Positions 34,381-42,805 of a DNA stretch of 42,805 bases are shown here, piece by piece. Where the stretch lies: positions 1 to 42,805 of the IMG/VR virus record IMGVR_UViG_3300017649_000112. One strand, given 5' to 3'. The DNA is from a virus. Lineage: Duplodnaviria; Caudoviricetes. Made by a program: the position numbers and the translations under genes. The first letter of the stretch is position 1. Every line of letters starts with the position of its first letter. The notes below the pieces were generated by a model, which worked only from the letters and a program-made list of their open reading frames with translations, was not told the origin of the DNA and searched no databases.

Positions 34381-35295
34381 ATCAGATCGGAAGCGAACGT
34401 CGCTAACTTCTACCGGATGATCTGGTCCGACCTTCGGGATCTCACTCACATCGAACAGGCATAGCGACTCAACGGCCAGATGCTCGTCGTAGCTGCACTG
34501 CCGGGCTTCCTGCCACGTGCTCCCCAGAGCCTCGACGCAGATTTGGTCTATCTTCAGGCGAAGCTCGGGGTCGTCACCGACCAAGGTTCTCGCATCATCC
34601 CAGAGGCTTCCGAGTGACCGGCCGTTGGCTGCCTGCTCTAGGAAGATCGACGCAATCACAACCTGAACACCCGCGGCTGGGTAGACTTGGGCGTATGAAA
34701 AATGATGCCTTCTGGTCCTGTCTGCGGAACTCTTCACCTCCAGCCGGTCATGTCCAAGACCAAAATCGAACCGTTCGGTCATTTCATTTCGCCAGGCATG
34801 GACCAGCGTATGGGGATCGTGAGAATGGACGATGATGAACAGTTCCGACCACAGCCCTCGAATCGTCTTCGTAGGCGGATTCTGAAACGCCAGAAAGAGG
34901 ACTGCAAGGCGGTCTATGGCGTCCGAGACCTGCCTCGCACTGGGCAACTGTGGAAGTAGGCCGAGAATGCTCTCCATCGTTTGAAGATAATACTCCTGAA
35001 CCGCCGCGTCCTGACTAAGGCAGTGAACCAGCGAGAAGGCACCAACGACGTCGGCTCCATTCATCCTTGAGATTCGGCATTGTACATCGTGCTCTACTCG
35101 AAGGTTCTGCAACGATGTCGTAGGCGGTCGCTCCTTGACATCGCCCACCGCCAACAGGACCACGGGCCTACCTTGGCTGTCCTTCGCCAAATGATGTGGC
35201 AGCCTTCCAATGGGGCATCCGAAGAATGCCGCCGTGCCTTCGGCGTCCGAGGATAAGGGCTCAAGTGATTGGAACAGGGCTGCAAGCTTATTCAT
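34309..35295 (-). CDS. DUF4420/PD-(D/E)XK-motif protein (MzaD-like)
   Basis: GLWSELF...W...FDF...LEVKS. Start overlaps the Z1 stop. Confidence 0.85.
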   Translation of the reverse strand: MNKLAALFQSLEPLSSDAEGTAAFFGCPIGRLPHHLAKDSQGRPVVLLAVGDVKERPPTTSLQNLRVEHDVQCRISRMNGADVVGAFSLVHCLSQDAAVQEYYLQTMESILGLLPQLPSARQVSDAIDRLAVLFLAFQNPPTKTIRGLWSELFIIVHSHDPHTLVHAWRNEMTERFDFGLGHDRLEVKSSADRTRRHHFSYAQVYPAAGVQVVIASIFLEQAANGRSLGSLWDDARTLVGDDPELRLKIDQICVEALGSTWQEARQCSYDEHLAVESLCLFDVSEIPKVGPDHPVEVSDVRFRSDLSRCTPLSRKAGANRLLNAYFGS

Positions 35296-37535
35296 CTTCG
35301 AACTCATCGATGCCGCCCTGATCCTGAACCAGGATGTCGCTGCTGAGCCCTTCCGGATTCCAAACAGCGATGTTCGGAATGTCCGGGTGGACAATCGCTG
35401 TAGACCCCCGCTCTCGAAGATTAAGAGTGTGGATTTGAAGTGTGAATCTGTCATCTGTCCGAACAAACCGGTCGCCGGGGTAGACTTCTCCACGCCGTTC
35501 TGGCGGATTGACTGGAGCAGCTCCTTGGAATAGGTTCAAGATGACTCCGTTCTCGTCCACTGTTCGAACACGAGGGGTCCCACTGCTCATCTGATAGACG
35601 GTGCAAAGTGCACCGGGATTCTCATCAAGATGGCTGCGTATGATGAGGAGCACTCCTAAAAGGTCTTGTGCATCGCTCAGTCGTGTAAATCGGAGGCTGA
35701 GAAGAAGCTGCTCGTAGGCGTCCCGCAGCGGAACATCATCGGCGTACTGGTGCTGCTGGATCGGTGAGCGATCCGCATGCCCTACGTCTGACTGGAGATC
35801 AAGTGAATCAAGAAAAGCGATGACGGCGTCTCGGTTGGACTGGACCGCATCCGCTGAGTCATGCGGCGACTTTGGATAGAACCAACCTTCATTGACTCGT
35901 GCCCGCACGTAGTCAATGTCGATGATGCTGTCCCGTGTCGGGTGCAATCCTCGGGGGAGCAGGAACATCCTCCTGAGTTCGTTCAGCGACCGTCCTTGTG
36001 CTGCCAACTCAGACAGTTGTCGCCTGACATCCTCTTCGTGCCTGACATACCGACGGAATGCATCAGCAACTTCCTGTTCCAAGAAGATTCGGCAGTAGCC
36101 GAGGTATGGTCGCTTGTAGCCGAAGAATCGTGCTCGCTGCTGAATGGTGTCCGCTCGGCGAGTCCCGACGCCGCGGGGCATGTACGTGACCGTGAGCCCT
36201 TCGACTGTGAACCCTCGATCCAGTGCTTGGCCTCCGACCAGAATGTGGGAGTATGCCCCTCTCCAGTCGATTTGCGGCGTGGCACCTTGGACGGAGTTCA
36301 CCAAGTGGATGTCTGTGCGACGAACTGCATGCCGCATTCTGCCCATGAGTTGCTCAAAGGCGGGCAGGTCAGGAACTGTTGCCTGGAGGTCAGCGTAATC
36401 ATGGTGGAATGCTGCCACCAAGTCCTGGTAGTCAGGGTCATTGGGATTGTCGAGCAGGTGCAGCCAGGCATCTCGAACACTGGACACCCAGTCGAAGTAA
36501 CCTTGATGCCCGGCAGTTCGCTGAGAAGGATGCACCATCATAGACCGGTTGCTGGGGCCTTGACCATGAATGATGCCCGACGCCACGCCGAGGAAGAACA
36601 GGCGGAGGGCGTGCAACAGCGACTCTGGGGGGCATATGAAGTGGATTGTTCCGAGTGGGGAGATCGTCTGGCGGAATCTCTCTGATCAGGGATGCCTCGT
36701 TAAGGAAGAAGTCTCTCCCTCCGGTGTAATCTGGGCCTGGAGTTAGCGTCACTGCAAAGTTGGGCGAAAGCACATCGATGAGGTTGATGAGCAACGGCCC
36801 TTGTGGCGTAGCAGTGTATTGAAGGAAGGTGTGGTGCGGAATTGCACTTTTCAGGGCACACAGCCGCTGGTAGGTTGTGCTTTCCTCACCCTCGTTTATC
36901 AGGTTGTTCAGTCCAGCCTGGTCCGCTTCATCATCTACTATGAGCACCGGGATTCCTGTGAGGTCTACCTGGCCAAGAGTATGTGTGAGATGGTTCAGGT
37001 AACCGTGATGCTTCATAACCGTGATGAGGACCGTGCATCGTTCCTCCGGCGGAACGTCCGCGTCTCGCCAGTCAGCCAAGGCTGTCGCAATCCGAACATG
37101 ATCCTGGTTGTCCGTTCTGGGATTGTGGAAGTGACGCCATTGGCGGTCGGTTCTGATTTCAAGTCGTAGGTCCGCACGTAGACGACGCCTGGATTGCTCG
37201 GTAAGCGGTACTGAGGTTCCAGCGATGACGATTACGATCGGGTACCCGTTGTCACGGGCCAGAGCGGAGACTGTCGTGAATGACATCGTCTTGCCGCTCT
37301 GGACGTAACCGACAACCAGTCCGGTCTCCTGGCCCTCCGGGACAATTGGCGGAACACCACGAGACAAGATCGACACAGCCTCATTGCGAAGAGATTCCGC
37401 GGTCTGCTGGGGCAACCCTAGGTGCCCCAATAGGTTCATGGCTTCCGGACCGACAGCAGCATTCCAGGGGTGTTCAGAACCAGGGATGATCTGGATATGC
37501 TCGATGCCCTCGTTTGGGTCGGTGCCGTTGCTCAT
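35288..37535 (-). pseudogene. Z1-domain SF2 helicase-like protein (MzaC-like), interrupted by a +1 frameshift
   Basis: The 5' ORF has GYVQSGKT, DDEADQA, YTATP and YTG. The 3' ORF has SMMVH, GGQALDRGFTVEGL and DTIQQRARFFGY. Removing one base from the G6 run at 36627-36632 joins them into 748 aa. Confidence 0.85.
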
Positions 37536-37559
37536 TCTGTGGGTGCTCCTGTCATCTGC

Positions 37560-39152
37560 TCATGTTTGCCAAAGGGCGTTTCGGAGTAGTTCGTTCAGAT
37601 TTCTGCGGATGGTGCCAGCCATTTTCACTCCACTTTCCCGTGCGGCAGCTTCTGCCAGACCAAGAGCAGCGGCTACACGGAGGAGTGGCTCGATGTCCTC
37701 ACAGTCAGTTCCGCAGAACCGCTGCATGAACGGATGGACCAACGAGAGACGCAGTCCCAGGACGCGTCGAGAGGTTTCCTCCGATTCGTCCTGGGCGACT
37801 TGGTCGCTGATCTCCAGCCAATCCCCCACGGCCGGGTCAACGCTCAGCTCCAGGATGATTCTCCATTGGCGTCCCTGCAAATCAACATCAATGACTCTCT
37901 GCGAGATGGTCTCAGCAAGCCGGAGCGTTTCTGCTGGAGCCTCGGAGTCAGGTTGCTCCACGAGGTCTGACAGGACGGGGGGCACGTTGTTCCGGATTGT
38001 TTCCGATGTGCGACGGTTCGCCCGGTCAGCTCCGCGACGGAAATCTTGTTTCCGCCGCTCAACACGGTATTCACGGGCCTGTTGAAGCAATGGCAGATCG
38101 CCCGACGAGATGTGCTCCCTGAGAAACTCCAGAAACGGCTGCTCGTTCTCGTCCCACTGGAAGCCGTCCTTCGTGTGACTGACTTCGAAGCCCTCCAGAT
38201 GTATTTCGCCGAATATCCTCTGGAACGGAAAGGTGTTTGGCTTTCCAAAAATGAGTTCAGGGCGATAGCCCTCGTCGCCGCTTCCCTGGATCAGTCGTTT
38301 TCGTCGGAATAAGGCAAATCCGGCTCCAGAAGTGCTCGCCGTCTTCCTGATGGCGGCGAACCCATGTGCTCGTAGATTCTCTCCAAAGTCGAAATCAAAC
38401 TCCGTTTTCCATGTGACCGGGTCTCCGGCAGAATCCCGGTAGTGCGGAGCCACAAGAATCTCAGGATCGACGTAGCTGAGTTGTTCTCCATTGAACCGAA
38501 GCTGTAGAAGTCCCTCCCTGATGAAAATGCGGTAGATGTCTTGGAGGTGGGCCTTGATTTTCCCAACCGTGCGTCCGACAGGGATGTGGTGCAGATTGCT
38601 TAGGACCACCTCGGTGAAATGGGAGTCGGCGTCGCTTGGCTGCAGGGCCACTTCAAGCTCGTCGATGTCGTCCCGAACAATCTTCGATATGTCGAAGACG
38701 ACCGTCCTTTCCAGATCCTCTCCTAGTGCAGATGTGCGAACCAGCCATGTGGGCGAGAACCAGCAAGCGGCACTCTTCATCCCCATGCCGAATTCACATA
38801 GACCACTTCGGTCCGGAGGGAGCTGTGCAGGACGAAAGGCTCTGGGAAAATCCTTCTCCGAGATACCAGCCGCATTGTCACGTATCGTGATCCTGCCTCC
38901 ATCGGCCGGATCAACGGCGATATCCACCCGGAGTGCAGCCCCGCCATTTAGCAGAGAGAGCCGTTGCTGATTGGCGACAAAGCTCTGGATGGAGTTGTCG
39001 ACGAACTCAGCAAGAGCGAACCAGGGCCGATAGTTGAGATGGGAAAGGACAGAGAGAACACTCACCCCAGGACGAATACAGACCCGTTCTGATGTCCGAC
39101 GCGGACTCGTCGGATCATTTGAACGTCGGTGCGACGGGCGACTCTGTGCCAA
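37560..39152 (-). CDS. MORC/GHKL-type ATPase (MzaB-like)
   Basis: ALAEFVDNS, IRDNAAGI and FGMGMKSA motifs. Confidence 0.9.
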   Translation of the reverse strand: MAQSRPSHRRSNDPTSPRRTSERVCIRPGVSVLSVLSHLNYRPWFALAEFVDNSIQSFVANQQRLSLLNGGAALRVDIAVDPADGGRITIRDNAAGISEKDFPRAFRPAQLPPDRSGLCEFGMGMKSAACWFSPTWLVRTSALGEDLERTVVFDISKIVRDDIDELEVALQPSDADSHFTEVVLSNLHHIPVGRTVGKIKAHLQDIYRIFIREGLLQLRFNGEQLSYVDPEILVAPHYRDSAGDPVTWKTEFDFDFGENLRAHGFAAIRKTASTSGAGFALFRRKRLIQGSGDEGYRPELIFGKPNTFPFQRIFGEIHLEGFEVSHTKDGFQWDENEQPFLEFLREHISSGDLPLLQQAREYRVERRKQDFRRGADRANRRTSETIRNNVPPVLSDLVEQPDSEAPAETLRLAETISQRVIDVDLQGRQWRIILELSVDPAVGDWLEISDQVAQDESEETSRRVLGLRLSLVHPFMQRFCGTDCEDIEPLLRVAAALGLAEAAARESGVKMAGTIRRNLNELLRNALWQT

Positions 39153-39169
39153 GGGTGTCTCCCCACAGT

Positions 39170-40489
39170 CTATGCGGCTTTGTCCTTGCTGTCGGCTACT
39201 ACTGGTTTGCAGAGCGAACGAGCAATACGTCGCACCACCTCGACGTTAACAGCATTCCCCAAAGCCTTATAGACCTTTGTCGCGGCTTCAGGGAGGTGCT
39301 TCAAGTCGTCCATGCTTTGGAGCCGGCTACATTCCCGAGGGGTCATGTACCTTCGCTCCCACGCAATGATAGGAACCTGGGTTGTCGTCATGGCAACCAA
39401 AGACGGAGCGGTGGTGGGCCGCTTGACTCGAACACCGGACGCTCTGAATTGGAGGACGAACTCCCAGATGTTCCTGTGCTCCCCTTTGCAGTTCCATTCA
39501 AACTTCTGAAGGCTCGGCGGAAATTCTCGGATGCTCGGCAACCAGGGCTTGATCCATTTTTGGTTGGCTTTGAAGTAGGAACGGTTCTGACGAATGAATT
39601 GCTGCTTCCATTTCGGGAATGCCCCCGACTCAGGACGTGCGTAGCTGGGCACTCGCTCCAAGATGGCGGACCGGTTATACCGATCCAGCGTCTGGCCGAA
39701 GCATCCCCGGTACTTACGGAGCGTTTTCAAGGGAACGTCGTGCAACGAGTCGTACTTTGTGAACGGATAAGTGGCACCGAACTCCATCGTCCAAATAGGG
39801 AAGGACGGCAATTCGACGTTCTTTGGTGCTCGGTCGAGGAAGTCTTGCCAGGCTTCCAGACAGCGGACCACTTGCTCAGGAAGCTTCTTCGCATCGGTAG
39901 GGTCGGAGTCGAGAACACTCCGGATGCTTGGTTCGCCTTCATCCTTCTCTGGCCAACTGAAGTGCCCCAGGCCAGTACGGCTTCCAACAATGAAGAGTCG
40001 ATCGCGGATTTGTGGTACGCCGAAGTCCTGAGGTGACAGAACCTTGGTGTCCACCTCGTATCCGCATTCGTCCTCCAGTTGCCTCCTCATCGTTGCCCAG
40101 GTTCGCCCACCGTCGTGTCGCTCTAGGTTGGCGACGTTCTCCATAAGCAGGTAAGTGGGATGGTGGGCTCGAATAATCCGCAGCACATGAGCACTGAAGA
40201 GGTCACCCCAAAGCTTGCAGTCGGTGCCAAGCTGTTCCCCCGCTTTGGAAAAGGGCTGGCAGGGAAAGCCCGCACAGAGAATGTCGTGTGAAGGGATCTC
40301 GGACACTTCGATTGTCCGAAGATCGCCCTTCGGTCGGAGACCGAAGTTTGCTTCGTAGAGTTGAGCCAGCCCTTCATCGATCTCACTTGCGAACACGCAT
40401 TCATGCTGGAGGCCACTAAGTGCGAGGTGAAACCCCCCAAGGCCCGCAAAAAGATCGATGAAGGTCAACCCCGTCGAGCGATCACTCAT
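39170..40489 (-). CDS. dcm: DNA (cytosine-5) methyltransferase
   Basis: DLFAGLGG, GFPCQPFS, ENV, PQIRDR, RECSRLQ and LGNAV motifs. GAGG RBS before MSDRS. Confidence 0.97.
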   Translation of the reverse strand: MSDRSTGLTFIDLFAGLGGFHLALSGLQHECVFASEIDEGLAQLYEANFGLRPKGDLRTIEVSEIPSHDILCAGFPCQPFSKAGEQLGTDCKLWGDLFSAHVLRIIRAHHPTYLLMENVANLERHDGGRTWATMRRQLEDECGYEVDTKVLSPQDFGVPQIRDRLFIVGSRTGLGHFSWPEKDEGEPSIRSVLDSDPTDAKKLPEQVVRCLEAWQDFLDRAPKNVELPSFPIWTMEFGATYPFTKYDSLHDVPLKTLRKYRGCFGQTLDRYNRSAILERVPSYARPESGAFPKWKQQFIRQNRSYFKANQKWIKPWLPSIREFPPSLQKFEWNCKGEHRNIWEFVLQFRASGVRVKRPTTAPSLVAMTTTQVPIIAWERRYMTPRECSRLQSMDDLKHLPEAATKVYKALGNAVNVEVVRRIARSLCKPVVADSKDKAA

Positions 40490-40714
40490 TCGTACATCCT
40501 CTGCTCCAAGTTGAGCAACTTCGACATTCCTCGGCTCCAGTAATCTCGGCATATTGCTCCGCGATGCCGAACCCAATCCTGGTGGTCAGTGGTGATGTAG
40601 TAGAGGCAGGGCACGTTTTTTGCGAGGTCTAGGCGTTCCTCCTTTCCTCCCATCTGGGAGAACTTTGCCGCCAGCACCGCTCGGCCGTGAGCACAAGCCT
40701 ATTTGCCTGAATGA

Positions 40715-40743
40715 CTTATACACATAAACGAGGGGGATTTCAA
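40715..40743 (-). promoter_or_regulatory. Possible sigma70 promoter of the dcm operon
   Basis: Minus strand TTGAAA, 17-nt spacer, TATAAG in an AT-rich intergenic region. Confidence 0.4.
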
Positions 40744-40816
40744 GCAAGAAGCTCTCTGTGCCCGCTCTCGTACGACGCCTCCCCCCACTGTGGACGCTTG
40801 AGCATTCAAGCAGGTC

Positions 40817-41698
40817 TCAATCGTCGAAATCAAAAACGTGCTCCTCGACCATCTGCCGGGTCAGGAGCTTGCTCCGGCGTTTGTGGGCCTTGTTCACCAC
40901 CTGGAGGGCCATGCCCGGCAACTGGCGTGATCGTTCCGACAACCGGATGAGCGTGGGCTCCGGGGCTTCGACGCGGATGCCCCATTCCTCGCACCGCTCG
41001 GCCAGCCAAACGGCCATTTCTTCGACGGTGGGCTTCTGAGTGGCGATCCGGAACGTAAACCGGTTCTGGAACATCTTTTCCAGTTCATCGTGCTTCTGCC
41101 TGCCCTCGTGGCCGTCTTCGTTGTCGTCCTTGCGGACGTAGGCGGACGAAGCGATCCAGATGACCTGGTGCTTCTCCAGCGGCACCAGCAGTTGACTGTC
41201 CAGTCCCCGCCGGACCAGCCGGTGGACCTCATCCAAGTAGATGATCTTGAGCGTGCCGTCGTCCACGCGGACCTTCGCCAGCACCTTGTCGATCTCCGCC
41301 TCGTTGAGGCTGCCGCAGTTCAGCGGGATGTAGAGGTAGCGGACGGACCTCTTCGCCGTCTCCTCGTCCTCGAAGAGGTCCACCCAGTTCTCCCAGCCAT
41401 CGTTGCCGTGGAGGCCGATCTTGGCTGTGCAGTTGGAGCACTGGCCGCATGGGTTGAAGGTGTCGAAGTCGAGGTTGAAGCAGCCCAGGGCGTGGATGCC
41501 CAGCGTGACGCCGGAGGTCTTGCCGCCGCGGGACGGGCCGGTCAGGAGGAGGTTGAAGCCGCTGCGATGTCCCTCCTGGCGGACGCACCAGATCATGTCC
41601 CAGAAGTATTCCTTCAGGGGCTGATTGCCGATGATCTGGTCCCAGCGGGACGGCAGCCAGCGTTCGATGTCTTTGATGGGGGCGGCCGTGGTTGTCAT
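40817..41698 (-). CDS. Clamp-loader-clade AAA+ ATPase (DnaX/RFC-like N-terminal module)
   Basis: PSRWDQIIGN, Walker A GPSRGGKT, Zn motif C...PCGQCSNC and Walker B YLDEVH. Confidence 0.8.
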   Translation of the reverse strand: MTTTAAPIKDIERWLPSRWDQIIGNQPLKEYFWDMIWCVRQEGHRSGFNLLLTGPSRGGKTSGVTLGIHALGCFNLDFDTFNPCGQCSNCTAKIGLHGNDGWENWVDLFEDEETAKRSVRYLYIPLNCGSLNEAEIDKVLAKVRVDDGTLKIIYLDEVHRLVRRGLDSQLLVPLEKHQVIWIASSAYVRKDDNEDGHEGRQKHDELEKMFQNRFTFRIATQKPTVEEMAVWLAERCEEWGIRVEAPEPTLIRLSERSRQLPGMALQVVNKAHKRRSKLLTRQMVEEHVFDFDD

Positions 41699-42411
41699 GA
41701 GTCGGTCCTTTCTTTCGGTTGGGTGACACGAGCGAAGATGCTCGCCCGTTTTTCGGGGTCAGTAGCGTCATTCCGACGCTGGTCCTTGGGGTGATGGGAC
41801 TTGTCGATGGACGGTCCCTGTGACGGCGGTGACGATGCACCGTCATAAGTCTTCCGTTCGAGGATGATTCGCCGTTGAACGCTGTCCCGCCGCCGCTCCA
41901 CGGTGATCTGGGCCTTTGCGAGCAAATGCTCCAGGGCCCGAATGCGGTTGCTGAACTGCGGCGTTCCCTTGGGCCAGTTCCGGGCCTTCACGTCCAGGCC
42001 GGCCCGTCGAGCGACTTTGACCAGCTTCTTCATGAGCTGGGTCATGGTGTCTTCGAACCGGCCTTCCTTCTCCATGAACAGAAGCAAGGCTTCGAGGACG
42101 GGGTCCTGTTCGATGGCGTCGCAGAGTTCGAGGTCGCGGCGTTGGTCCTGCCAGGCCTTGCCTTCGAGCACATTGAGAATGCGGTCGATCTCCCGGTCCA
42201 GCAGGACCCGCTTCGACTTCTCCCAAAAGAAGTCGGCGATCCAGGCCCGGACTCGCTCGGACCGAAGGCACCACGGTTCTTCGGGCGGGTGGTCGCGGGC
42301 AGGCGGCAGGCGGATGCGAGGCGTGCCGACGATGTCACAGAACAGCTCCGGCTGTTCGGCCAGGATCATCTCCAGGGCGAGGGCGTCCTGTTTGACGTGC
42401 TCGTCAGCCAT
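41695..42411 (-). CDS. Hypothetical protein resembling joined terminal domains of a mobile-element ATP-binding/helicase protein
   Basis: ELFCD...WCLRS...LEGKA followed directly by DPVLEA...WPKGTPQFSNRIR. No Walker motifs. GAGG RBS before MADEH. Confidence 0.55.
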   Translation of the reverse strand: MADEHVKQDALALEMILAEQPELFCDIVGTPRIRLPPARDHPPEEPWCLRSERVRAWIADFFWEKSKRVLLDREIDRILNVLEGKAWQDQRRDLELCDAIEQDPVLEALLLFMEKEGRFEDTMTQLMKKLVKVARRAGLDVKARNWPKGTPQFSNRIRALEHLLAKAQITVERRRDSVQRRIILERKTYDGASSPPSQGPSIDKSHHPKDQRRNDATDPEKRASIFARVTQPKERTDS

Positions 42412-42641
42412 CGGTGTCGTCCTCACCGTGGCTGATGGCGGCGTTGACCAAAACGATGATCTGCTCGCGGATGTGATCCGGGAGCCGTGGCCAAGCCCGA
42501 ATCACCTGGGCGAGCGTTGCGTCTTGCGGTGTCAGGCTAAGACTGTCGGGGATGCCCGACTGCTGACAATATGCTGACGACGGGAAGGCTGTTGACGTAA
42601 GCTGCTGCGGGGAAAGATCGTTAGAAGAATCCGTCCCCTCA
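42404..42641 (-). other. Detached 3' segment of the integrase gene (in frame only in the excised attP form)
   Basis: A stop-free frame continuous with the int frame across the att core. It encodes ...DATLAQVIRAWPRLPDHIREQIIVLV...DDTDG*, and its stop overlaps the next ATG. Confidence 0.75.
42561..42579. promoter_or_regulatory. Putative integrase arm-type sites, TGCTGACA-N3-TGCTGACG
   Basis: 17/19 identical to 293-311. Confidence 0.7.
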
Positions 42642-42664
42642 TTCGATTCCCGCCGCCTCCACTT
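42642..42664 (+). repeat. att core, right junction (displaced tmRNA 3' end)
   Basis: Exact match to 121-143. Confidence 0.95.
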
Positions 42665-42698
42665 AAAAGGGCTCCGGCTTACGCCGGAGCCCTTTTTT
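42665..42698 (+). terminator. Original host ssrA terminator, potentially bidirectional
   Basis: AAAAGGGCTCCGGC-TTAC-GCCGGAGCCCTTTTTT. Confidence 0.9.
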
Positions 42699-42805
42699 GG
42701 TTTCTTGCAACATAGCCACGCGTGCAGTGGGTGGGATCACGAAAGCACGAATACACGAAAGAAGGCAGCAAAAGGCAGCCTGTCGCTCCGAAAGTAAACG
42801 AATCA

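Larger units (their letters stand above)
121..42664. mobile_element. Complete integrative phage-like element (about 42.5 kb) inserted in ssrA
   Basis: Flanking 23-bp direct repeats match the tmRNA 3' end. An integrase and excisionase sit at the left end, arm-type repeats occur at both ends, and head/packaging, replication and defence genes lie inside. Confidence 0.95.

Noticed and set aside
37560-39152. Host mutL or hsp90 gene
   Set aside because: Only the GHKL motifs match. Its position between dcm and Z1 indicates a restriction-associated MORC-type ATPase.
40817-41698. Host dnaX
   Set aside because: It is too short, has divergent motifs and lies inside the att-bounded element.
1-42805. 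CRISPR array or IS element
   Set aside because: I saw no regularly spaced repeats and no transposase or terminal inverted repeats.

Overview
The window holds one complete integrated element, about 42.5 kb, inserted in the 3' end of a tmRNA (ssrA) gene. It is bounded by a 23-bp direct repeat TTCGATTCCCGCCGCCTCCACTT (121-143 and 42642-42664). The host is GC-rich and probably a planctomycete; this is inferred from protein styles and not proven. Nearly all genes lie on the minus strand. From left to right they are: a tyrosine integrase and AlpA-type excisionase; a cargo nuclease and lipoprotein; a full phage HEAD module (head-closure and gpW-like proteins, major capsid, decoration, protease/scaffold, portal, large terminase, putative small terminase) interleaved with HNH-AP2/AP2 genes and a kinase/HEPN pair; an AEP primase-type replication gene; an E2-type CBASS (CapV, CD-NTase, E2) behind XRE-ImmA and WYL regulators; a DUF932 operon; a lower-GC Dcm/MORC-ATPase/Z1/DUF4420 plus Vsr/EVE-HNH restriction-like block; and two replication-like genes at the right end. 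No tail or lysis genes were recognised between the att sites. Three observations stand out. (1) The integrase gene runs through the att core, so excision gives it a different 79-aa C-terminus and couples it to the right-end genes. (2) The element has a tail-less, capsid-forming architecture loaded with defence genes. (3) A shared 24-bp operator/promoter motif links the WYL gene to a distant lipoprotein-nuclease pair. Product calls come from motif recognition by eye; no database search was run.
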